From: Candidatus Parcubacteria bacterium
Lineage (GTDB): Bacteria > Patescibacteriota > Microgenomatia > Levybacterales > GWA1-39-11
DNA: 64,000 nt
Assembly (NCBI GenBank): GCA_003599595.1
Contig: QZIP01000011.1
Span: 2,638 to 66,637, forward strand
Direction of reading: 5' to 3'
Below the pieces are notes generated by a model. It did no database searches and was not told the origin of the DNA. It saw only the letters and a list, made by a program, of their open reading frames with translations. The position numbers were made by a program, and so were the translations under genes. The number at the start of each line of letters is the position of its first letter. Within the stretch, counting starts at the first letter, position 1. Positions 1 through 8,234 of the stretch are shown one piece after another.

Positions 1-495
1 ATTCAAAAAGAAATTTTCTGTTACATCCGGTAAATACTGATCAAATCTGTCAAGCAAGAATACAACCGAAAGCTCTTTTTCTATAGCCAAAAAATCTATA
101 CTTTTTTTAAGTGCCTGAAAAAGTATCAGCTCGTCACTAAATCCTATTGCCTCCTTTAAAAATTTATTTACAGTATCTGCTTCTTGTTTTAAGTCCCGTT
201 CGGTCAAAGAGTAGGCTGTTGAAATTATCATAAATTTAATCACATCAAAAAGATTTCTTTTTTTAACCTCTGAAAAATCCATATAGACAAAATGAAACCA
301 TTTTTGATTTTCTCCCAGATGAATTTCCCGCACTCCCTTGTTATAGGAGAGTAGTCCAAGAAGTGTCCCCTTTCCACTTCCTGGCACGCCCACTACCTGA
401 GAAGACCTGCCGCTTTTGGCAAACTCAAGCATCCTTTTTATCTCCTCACTCCTGGTCTCAGGAGGATAAAGTGATTCAAAATGCTGTGGCTCCAT
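1..495 (-). CDS. P-loop NTPase, AAA/ORC-like ATP-binding protein; N-terminal 165 codons only, gene continues past the window start
   Basis: Minus-strand translation from ATG at 495 gives MEPQHFESLYPPETRSEEIKRMLEFAKSGRSSQVVGVPGSGKGTLLGLL... with Walker A GVPGSGKGT and a Walker B-like VVFLLDRFD. It is in frame to position 1 with no stop. It is absent from the ORF track because it runs off the window. A TATAAT-like box lies immediately upstream on the minus strand. Confidence 0.5.
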   Translation of the reverse strand, partial: MEPQHFESLYPPETRSEEIKRMLEFAKSGRSSQVVGVPGSGKGTLLGLLSYNKGVREIHLGENQKWFHFVYMDFSEVKKRNLFDVIKFMIISTAYSLTERDLKQEADTVNKFLKEAIGFSDELILFQALKKSIDFLAIEKELSVVFLLDRFDQYLPDVTENFFLN

Positions 496-703
496 ACTTG
501 TATTATAAGAGTTCAAGAATCAAAGATCAAAGATCAAAAACAACACAAGTGTAAGCCTAAAATTGATTAATGAATAAATATATAAAAGCCTCATTAATCA
601 TAAATCATTATTCATAATTCAGCTTGATTGTTAACCACCTGTTATCTCTTTGTAATCTCCTTATCAAGCACCTTATTCATCTAAAACATATACTACGGTC
701 AGT

Positions 704-3700
704 ATGAATCATACCGAGATGTTGACAACCGGGGAGCAAAAAAGTTACGCTAGAAGTAAAGAAACTTCTATGGATACAGACAGAGAAACAAGAGAATTAA
801 AAATCCCCTTAACCCAGGATGATGAAAGAAAGGTAAGAGCTCTTACAGACAGGATAAGTCAGCTTGAAGCAAGATACAAAAGCGGCCAAATTCCTGAAGC
901 GGACTATAAAGAGCAAAGAAGAAAAATTCAAAAAGAAACTCAAAACCAAGCCTCAGCAGGAGAATTAAGCCCAGAGGCGTTTTACGCGCTTGCCAAAAAA
1001 TTTTTTAGCCTTGAAGAATTATTAGGTGGAAGAGAAAAAACAGAAGAAGGCAAAGAAGTGCGTCCGGGAGAGAGACAAAAGGAAAAGGAGAAAGAGCTTT
1101 TAGATGATATGGCAGCCCAGGGTTACGAACGCAGAAGAGCAAAAAATGGAGAAGCTTATTGGGCAAAAAAAGAAAAATTTGATGAGGTCTCTCAGTTCCC
1201 TCCTAGCGTGATAGAGGCATACTTCAGGGCGCAAAACTCACAAAGATACAAAAAACTCCATGACGGTGATTTTCCAACAACAGATGAAGGCATAGAGCAG
1301 GCAACAAAACTCACCTCAGAACAGGAGTCTTGGGTGGCAAGGGGAAAGCTTCCTGGGCCAATTTCAGGAGGGGAAACCAGGGAAGGTGAAGGGGTAAAAA
1401 AAGAGTTGACACCCCGCGATCAATTAATAGGAATAAAAGAAAGATTTGGAGAACAAACAGATTCTCTAAAAATAGATGCAATGGTAAGCCATGAAATAAA
1501 ACCATTTATAAGATTATTAGGCCAGGAAATGGCAGAAGATGTACGCCATGAACTAGAAGAAACAATTCCTGATAAAATAATAGCGGCTTCCACCGTAGAG
1601 CAAAAAAGAATAATGGCTCAGCATCTGGTAGACAAGGTTTTGGAGTTTTATCCTAAAGACAGACCCAAAACAGAAAGGGGTTTAAAAGAAACACCTCTTT
1701 GTCTGGAAGATTTGGCAGAGCTTATTATGCACTCTGAATCTGATGAGTGGCAGCCCGGAGGAGCAAGAGAGATTATGAATAAAAAAGATGAATTGGTTCC
1801 AGAAAACTTTCTTGCCTGGGTTAGAAAGCAAATGCTTTACTGGCACGATTTTGACGCAACCGCAGAAACTGATTTTTTCAGCAAGATTTCAACAGCAGGT
1901 ACTTATAGGGTAGTGTCTTTAAATGAAATGCTTTATCACACCAGATATTTTAGAAAAAGAGAAAGAAGACAGGAGTATGTTCCTCTCTTTGATGAAAGAA
2001 TGGGAAAGCTCTTAAAAGATGAAAAAGGAAAACAGGAGTGGGGCCCAGACCTCGTGGAACACTATCATGAAGATGAAGTTTATAACGCTCTTAAAGAAGA
2101 AATTCTTCTGGAGTGCTGGCTCTTCAATACCTCCCGTAATATGGATATTAAATATAGGTTTGAAGTAATGGGAAGTGATGAAAATCTTCCCAAGCTCTTG
2201 GGACAGCTTTACGCGGCAAATGTCTTTACGAGGGCCAACAACCTTGAGAAAATCTTTACACTGCCAACAGTAACCAGAAGGTCAGAAGGTAAAAGTGAAA
2301 AAGAAAGAAAAGAGCTTTTTAAATCTGCAGAAAACCATAAGGTTGGAGACATCACAAGAAAGGCATTTCTTGCCTATTATTTTTTGCCTGACATAAGACA
2401 GCTAAGACAGATTTTGGGTCATGATTCAACGCTTTTTAGAAGAGAATATATTGAAGTTGTAGGAGAAACTCAATCCAGAGTCCCCAGAAGTGCCAAGTCA
2501 GAAAGCGGAATTGGATATAAAAGACTGATAGGAAGAGGAGAAAAGTGGAAAGAGAGTTGGTATGATGGAAACGGAGTTTTGAAAAATGATGATAAAACTC
2601 TGAGCGAGTTTTCAGGTTATATTAATTTTTTTGCAGAGGCCATGGAAGACCCGATTGTTAAAAAAGAAGTTAGAGACAGGATTGTCCAGTCCTTGATGCC
2701 TAGTCTGGTTGATGAGACAAGAAGTAGTTATGAGGCTGATTACAGGATAATTGCAAAAAGAAAAGTGATTACAGGTAGTATAGAGGAGGGTGAAAAGTTG
2801 TCAGATGAGGAGATTGACCAAAGAATAGAAGCAGAGCTTGATTCTATGATTAGACAGCGTGCTTATCAGGAGGCAAAGTATGCTGATGAATGGGCCTTTT
2901 CAATGATGCGCTGGACCCTGGCCGCTTCCAAAAATGATACCAATGGTATTGGTTTTGATGCGGCAACCAAAATTACCAGGACAGAGCAGTACAGGACCAG
3001 ACAGGCCGCGGCGCATCGGATGGGCGCTCTTGGCAATATGTACAATATCCCCATTTTTAAAAGTATAGGACTTGACATGTTTAATGCCATTCTTACTCTT
3101 CCCGTAAGAGATGAGAATGGGGATTTGATTAAGGACAAAAACGGCAAAGTTATAACAAGAACGCCTATTGAAATTCTTCTGGCCGCACAAAATGCAGGCT
3201 CAGACAAAGAAGCAATGGCTGCCATGAATCAGCTTAGATTTCTTGAAAGGACAATGACCCAGTATCATGCAGATCACGTAGGCCGCTCTTTTGAGGTTTT
3301 TCACTCTCTGATTGGAGCAAAAGAAATAAAGCTTGAGGAGCTTGCAAAAATAGATCCTTTCAGGGGTGTTACTTTTGATCAGGCCAAGTTTCAGGAAACT
3401 GTAATTGATGGCTTTTTAAAATCAATGCGATATGCCTACTCTACCTGGAGAGGTGTAGATTTCAGTAAAAAAATTAGATACTTTGTGAGAAAAGATGAAG
3501 AAACCGGAGAAATGATTTTTGAAGACCGGCCGCTTGTAAATGTTTTGTTCAGCAAGGAGGTTGTTGAAGGATTTGTAGAAAAATTCAAAAGAGAAATCAG
3601 TAGAGAGGATTACGACTTATTTAAAGGGCAAGGCGTGATCTCAGATAACATACTAAGGCTTATCCAGTTTGGACATAGAGATGAGCTGTGGAAAGAGGTG

Positions 3701-4030
3701 GCAAAGCTCAGGCTTGCAGCAGAAATTTATTCCCACCGTGACCTGACAGGACCAAATCCTTGGCTCACAACATCGCAGATTGAAACTATCTATGCCGCTC
3801 TGCAAAAAATCCCTGGAAATTTATTGGTAGACAAAGATGAAAAAGACTTTAAAAAGACTATGGTTACAAAACTTGCCTTTGACAACAAGGATATTAATTG
3901 GATGAGAAAAAAATCAAGGACAGAGGTGGGTAGAATGGTAGGGATGGATACGGCAGATGCTTTAACCAAGGGTAGTTTTGTAGGTTTTTGGGAGGCCGCT
4001 AAAGTCTTCTTTGCTGACATCACCAAATAA
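704..4030 (+). CDS. Large hypothetical protein (1108 aa), highly charged, no recognisable domain
   Basis: Single uninterrupted 3.3 kb ORF with composition like neighbouring genes. No signal peptide or TM segments. Only short antisense ORFs overlap it. Confidence 0.6.
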   Translation: MNHTEMLTTGEQKSYARSKETSMDTDRETRELKIPLTQDDERKVRALTDRISQLEARYKSGQIPEADYKEQRRKIQKETQNQASAGELSPEAFYALAKKFFSLEELLGGREKTEEGKEVRPGERQKEKEKELLDDMAAQGYERRRAKNGEAYWAKKEKFDEVSQFPPSVIEAYFRAQNSQRYKKLHDGDFPTTDEGIEQATKLTSEQESWVARGKLPGPISGGETREGEGVKKELTPRDQLIGIKERFGEQTDSLKIDAMVSHEIKPFIRLLGQEMAEDVRHELEETIPDKIIAASTVEQKRIMAQHLVDKVLEFYPKDRPKTERGLKETPLCLEDLAELIMHSESDEWQPGGAREIMNKKDELVPENFLAWVRKQMLYWHDFDATAETDFFSKISTAGTYRVVSLNEMLYHTRYFRKRERRQEYVPLFDERMGKLLKDEKGKQEWGPDLVEHYHEDEVYNALKEEILLECWLFNTSRNMDIKYRFEVMGSDENLPKLLGQLYAANVFTRANNLEKIFTLPTVTRRSEGKSEKERKELFKSAENHKVGDITRKAFLAYYFLPDIRQLRQILGHDSTLFRREYIEVVGETQSRVPRSAKSESGIGYKRLIGRGEKWKESWYDGNGVLKNDDKTLSEFSGYINFFAEAMEDPIVKKEVRDRIVQSLMPSLVDETRSSYEADYRIIAKRKVITGSIEEGEKLSDEEIDQRIEAELDSMIRQRAYQEAKYADEWAFSMMRWTLAASKNDTNGIGFDAATKITRTEQYRTRQAAAHRMGALGNMYNIPIFKSIGLDMFNAILTLPVRDENGDLIKDKNGKVITRTPIEILLAAQNAGSDKEAMAAMNQLRFLERTMTQYHADHVGRSFEVFHSLIGAKEIKLEELAKIDPFRGVTFDQAKFQETVIDGFLKSMRYAYSTWRGVDFSKKIRYFVRKDEETGEMIFEDRPLVNVLFSKEVVEGFVEKFKREISREDYDLFKGQGVISDNILRLIQFGHRDELWKEVAKLRLAAEIYSHRDLTGPNPWLTTSQIETIYAALQKIPGNLLVDKDEKDFKKTMVTKLAFDNKDINWMRKKSRTEVGRMVGMDTADALTKGSFVGFWEAAKVFFADITK

Positions 4031-4150
4031 CAGCTAAGATTCTCACAGAGTTATATCAGATTTTCACAGATATTTCTTAGTATTAGACGGTAGATGATAG
4101 AAGATAGAAGGTAATGCTTTGAGGATATGTGTTGCCTGTTTAGGCTTAGT

Positions 4151-6190
4151 CTATGTATTAGTATTTCCCCCTTGGTTTTGCTGGTTTCTAGCTATTTGCT
4201 GCTGAGCTCTTTCATGTCTACTTAGGGTTTGCTGGTTTTGTGCAGGTTGACTTCCTGTTGCTTGAGTTGTTGGAGGTTGGCCTGTCCGCGGTTGGGGTTG
4301 ATTTCGTTTTATTGGGAAGACTCTACCTAAAAGACCACCAGATTCACCTGGATCCTCTCTCCAGCCTCCAAGTACATTCCCAAAGAGTGTTCCAAGCATA
4401 GTTTTGCCCTTAAATCTTGAATAAAGATATGTATTCAACATTCCTTTTGGATTACCCATATTGTCAGTTCTCCAGAATTGTTTTCCAACCCCACCGGTAA
4501 ACGCACTGCTTGCTCCCTGTCCTACACCAATTGCCTTGCCAATAATTGCAGGATATTTCATCTCAGGGGACTTAAACGCATCCCGCGTCATATTTACCAC
4601 CTCAGGTGTTAACAGAATTATTCCAAGCCCTACAATGTTTGCAAACAAGGCTGGATCTCCCGGGTTTCCTATAAGAGGGGGTAGGAAGGGGTCTTGATGT
4701 TTGACAGCAAAAACTTCCATAAACGCCTTTCCAAGCATAAACATTATAATTGCAGTTGGAAAAGCAGAGAGATGTGCCAAAAGATCCCGGATCCAGGAAC
4801 CAAAACCTGTGCTTACACCAGGTATAAGCCCAGCACCTATCCAAAATGGAGCAAAGATAACATCCATTAATATAAAAACATAAGATTTTAAAAGCTGGAA
4901 CCAAAGCCTGAAAAGCGCCCAAAGAATAGCCACAAAAACTATAAGAAATGTAATTAGGTAAGGTATAAGCCATCTGAGTGAGGTCTCAAGCGCGGCATAG
5001 GTAGCATATCCTGTAATAAATCCTGTCAGTGGGCCCGCATTCACAAATCCTAAATCAGACATCGTTGCAACTTTTGCTCCAACGCCAAATCCCGCAAATA
5101 AACTAATTGTGTCTATCATCCAATTTGCAAAACTAAAATTATTCCAGTCAAAAGCGAATTGACCTGAGCTTATAAATTCATTAAAAGGAATAATAGCTTG
5201 TAGAGGGTCTGTGTTTATATTCATAATATTTCCAATAATTTCCTTCACAGAAAGAGCTACGTTGCTTGCCATTCCATGGATTCCTCCAAAGCTGTTATTA
5301 ACCACTTCAAAAGTTGTCCTGCCATAAGCATCCGCAGGATTTAAATTCATTACATTTATGCCCGTACCTTGCACAAGCAAAAAGAAAAAATACATAACAA
5401 GCCACATAAGATCAATCAAAATCCCTACAATAGCATAGGAAAATGTGATCAAAATCAAAGTTACTATAATTTTGGGAATCTGGTTTTGAATAGACATAAC
5501 AGTCCTGGCATCAATTTGAATCCGGAACATAATCCCAAGCCCCACAAGCACAAAAATAATTACAAATAAAAGATATACAACATCACGGAACACCTTCCAC
5601 AACTCCATGACTGGTTCAAGCCCTTTAAATCCTACTCCTTGCGCATAAGCAGGTTTTACAATTCCAAATCTACTCCCAAGATCTGCAAAATACTGGTTTG
5701 AAGATATGGGAATTTTATAGGTCATTCCTATTAGATTTGCCGCAAACCCCACCATGCCGCCACTGTTTTCAACAAATCCTATTTTTTTTGCCTCAGGATC
5801 TATTCCTAGACACTTGCCTTCTGGATTAACAGGATCAAATCCAGCAATCTGACAGACAAAAGCAGACATTACCTCAATCATCACATTCTGCGTTCTGTAA
5901 TGAAGATCAGGCGGGGGAGTGTATTCAGGCAAAGGGGTAGGAGCTTGTACTACATTATTATAATTATATATAGGCACTGTTTGCTGATTTACTTCTTGTT
6001 CATTGTCTATTTGCGGGAGTGCAGGTGTGATAGTATTTGTGGAGTTAATAATGTTATCTACGGGGTAGTTTTGTACGCTCTGAGCATAAACAGGCTGTAG
6101 TTTTAAAAAGAAGAACGTTATCAATAGAAAAATAACAGGGCAGATTTTCCTCATTAATTTTAGTATGAATACTCTACAAATAAATGTCAA
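4151..6190 (-). CDS. Polytopic membrane protein with VirB6/TrbL-like architecture
   Basis: N-terminal signal-peptide-like segment (MRKICPVIFLLITFFFLKLQPVYAQS), an extracytoplasmic domain of about 170 aa, then multiple hydrophobic helices and a Gln/Pro-rich hydrophilic C-terminal tail (PRTGQPPTTQATGSQPAQNQQ...). This topology is typical of TrbL/VirB6 proteins. The true start is probably the internal Met (MRKIC). Confidence 0.4.
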   Translation of the reverse strand: MTFICRVFILKLMRKICPVIFLLITFFFLKLQPVYAQSVQNYPVDNIINSTNTITPALPQIDNEQEVNQQTVPIYNYNNVVQAPTPLPEYTPPPDLHYRTQNVMIEVMSAFVCQIAGFDPVNPEGKCLGIDPEAKKIGFVENSGGMVGFAANLIGMTYKIPISSNQYFADLGSRFGIVKPAYAQGVGFKGLEPVMELWKVFRDVVYLLFVIIFVLVGLGIMFRIQIDARTVMSIQNQIPKIIVTLILITFSYAIVGILIDLMWLVMYFFFLLVQGTGINVMNLNPADAYGRTTFEVVNNSFGGIHGMASNVALSVKEIIGNIMNINTDPLQAIIPFNEFISSGQFAFDWNNFSFANWMIDTISLFAGFGVGAKVATMSDLGFVNAGPLTGFITGYATYAALETSLRWLIPYLITFLIVFVAILWALFRLWFQLLKSYVFILMDVIFAPFWIGAGLIPGVSTGFGSWIRDLLAHLSAFPTAIIMFMLGKAFMEVFAVKHQDPFLPPLIGNPGDPALFANIVGLGIILLTPEVVNMTRDAFKSPEMKYPAIIGKAIGVGQGASSAFTGGVGKQFWRTDNMGNPKGMLNTYLYSRFKGKTMLGTLFGNVLGGWREDPGESGGLLGRVFPIKRNQPQPRTGQPPTTQATGSQPAQNQQTLSRHERAQQQIARNQQNQGGNTNT

Positions 6191-6280
6191 GAAAAATTTA
6201 ATTAACCCAATTAAACTCCAATTTAATCGGAGTTACTTTAAACAAACCCCAACACCTTAAATCAAATATCAAAACCCAAA

Positions 6281-6400
6281 TGACAAATGAGGCTCAAATG
6301 CTTAAATGTTATAAAATTTAGATTTTAAATTTTGGATTTCATTTGATATTTGAAATTTGGATTTTGGATTTTTAAGGGTTTGTTGCTTGTTTAGAGATTG
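6281..6400. repeat. AT-rich short-unit repeat cluster (CAAATGnCAAA / TTTGAAATTTGGATTTTGGATTT)
   Basis: Degenerate tandem units of about 10 bp. The same family occurs at 7249-7350, 10694-10870, 15590-15700, 22925-22990, 31770-31830, 50990-51100 and 52780-53085. Confidence 0.55.
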
Positions 6401-6475
6401 GAATAATTAGGTGAATTAGGTCAATTATTAACGATTGTAAAATAAGTTCCAGACCTGTATAATACCCTCAAAAGG

Positions 6476-7012
6476 ATGATAAAACATATAGCCTTAGTTT
6501 TTGTCCTCATAACATTCTTGTTTTTTTCAAGAGAATCAACTCTTGCGCAATCTTCCCCCTCTGCTGTGCCCAAGGTAGAATATCAGCTTCCTTATCCGGG
6601 TGTTTTACCGGACAATCCTTTGTATTTTTTAAAAGCCGCAAGGGACCGGCTTGTTAGTATTCTTATAAACGATCCTCTAAAAAAATCAGAATTCAATCTG
6701 CTTAATTCAGATAAGAGAATTGGTGCAGGAATCGCTCTTGTTGAAAAAGATAAAGATGCGCTTGCTGTTTCTGTTATTTCAAAAAGCAACAACTATTTAT
6801 TTGACGCTGTAATTGCGGCAGAGGAGTCAAAAAAATTAGGAAAAGACACAAAATCATTGTCAGAAAACATTAGAAATTCAATACTAAAACACAAAGAGAA
6901 GATTGAAGAATTGGAAAAATTAATTGACAAAAAATATGTCAAAGAGCTGAAGTCAGAGTATAAAAGATTAGAAATAATGCAGGAATCTGTGAAACAAAAC
7001 CTCCTCAAATAA
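6476..7012 (+). CDS. Secreted hypothetical protein, possibly DUF5667-like
   Basis: Signal peptide followed by YQLPYPGVLPDNPLYFLK, resembling the N-terminal motif of DUF5667 proteins common in CPR. The rest is a Lys/Glu-rich coiled-coil-like region. Confidence 0.4.
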   Translation: MIKHIALVFVLITFLFFSRESTLAQSSPSAVPKVEYQLPYPGVLPDNPLYFLKAARDRLVSILINDPLKKSEFNLLNSDKRIGAGIALVEKDKDALAVSVISKSNNYLFDAVIAAEESKKLGKDTKSLSENIRNSILKHKEKIEELEKLIDKKYVKELKSEYKRLEIMQESVKQNLLK

Positions 7013-7354
7013 TATAATTAAATGCTTTTGTGATCAATAAAATTGATCAAACTTAATTACTTATAAATAAGCAATTTACATACCCTTAACATAGTTTTCT
7101 CCAATTATTTGTTCCACAAAAAAAACATATTTTTTATTAAAATTTGAAGCTAAATTTTAAACTGCTATATTTTGATATCATTGTTAATAGTTGACTGTAT
7201 AGGGCTAGTGTTTTACTATATATCCTGGCACTAGATATAGTTTAGAATTTCAAATCTTAGATCGCAAATGTCAAATCTTAAGAAATTTATAATAATTGTC
7301 GCGAAGTGACACCTTAGTTTTGAGATTTGAGCTTTGACATTTGAGATTTAATTT

Positions 7355-7804
7355 ATGTTCTGTCCTTATTGTACAAGCGCTGAAACAGAAGTAGTTGAAA
7401 CAAGAGTGAGTGAAGATGGTGGGAGTATTAGAAGAAGAAGAAATTGTGTTTCTTGTACAAAGCGCTTTACAACCTATGAAAGAATAGAAAACGTTACGTT
7501 GGTAGTAATTAAGAAGGATGGAAAAAGAGAACAATTTAACAGGGAAAAGCTCAAAAATGGAATTTTAAAGTCTTGCGAAAAAACAAGCGTAACACTGGAG
7601 CAGATAAACAATATTTTAGATGAAATAGGAAGAGAATTAAAAAATAAAGATTCTGTTGAAATAGAAAGTAAAAAAATAGGTCAAATAGTTGCAGCAAAGC
7701 TTAAAGAGATTGATAAAGTTGCCTATATTAGATTTGCAAGTGTTTTTGAAAGATTTTTAGACCTTGAAGACTTTGAAAAAGAACTGAAGAGGTTAATAAA
7801 ATAG
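7355..7804 (+). CDS. nrdR: Transcriptional repressor NrdR (zinc ribbon plus ATP-cone)
   Basis: MFCPYCTSAETEVVETR...NCVSCTKRFTTYERIE zinc ribbon followed by an ATP-cone (VIKKDGKREQFNREKL...). It lies immediately upstream of an RNR gene. Confidence 0.9.
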   Translation: MFCPYCTSAETEVVETRVSEDGGSIRRRRNCVSCTKRFTTYERIENVTLVVIKKDGKREQFNREKLKNGILKSCEKTSVTLEQINNILDEIGRELKNKDSVEIESKKIGQIVAAKLKEIDKVAYIRFASVFERFLDLEDFEKELKRLIK

Positions 7805-8234
7805 AAGTTACTTGATCTAATTGCTCTAATTAATCTAATTTCTAAATAAGCACCAAACCTTTAAAAATAAACAAATAAAACTAATATCAAATGACAAATA
7901 AATAAATGATAAAAATTCAAAAGTTATAAGTTATTAGTTTATTAAAATATTTGATAATTGATTTGTTTATTGGGTTATTTGTTTATTGGTAGTATTTTGT
8001 GGGGATTACAGGTTTGTTACAAAAAGACCCGTTGAAAATTAACAATAAGAGATTATAATAGAACAGTTCGGTTTTAAAAACATGCGTGTAGTCATTTAGC
8101 GTCAGGTTAAAATTATCAGTGTAATCAGGGCGCGTCAGAAATAACAACACAAAACAGAACAATACGAATAGCGCCATAAATCCGTGAAAATCAAAATCAT
8201 TAGGATGCAATTAACATTTTAAATATTTGAACTT

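Noticed and set aside
363-554. 63-aa plus-strand ORF from the ORF track
   Set aside because: It lies entirely inside the better-supported minus-strand P-loop ATPase reading frame, which has Walker A and is in frame to the window edge. Likely spurious.
1311-4026. Several short antisense ORFs (1311-1505, 2866-3225, 2900-3190, 3790-4026) inside the 1108-aa gene
   Set aside because: They are embedded in a long uninterrupted ORF on the opposite strand, with no independent support.
7805-8234. NrdR box or cobalamin riboswitch upstream of nrdJ
   Set aside because: No convincing 16-bp NrdR palindrome or B12-box (GCCACTG) could be recognised in the nrdR-nrdJ spacer. This cannot be excluded without a PWM scan.
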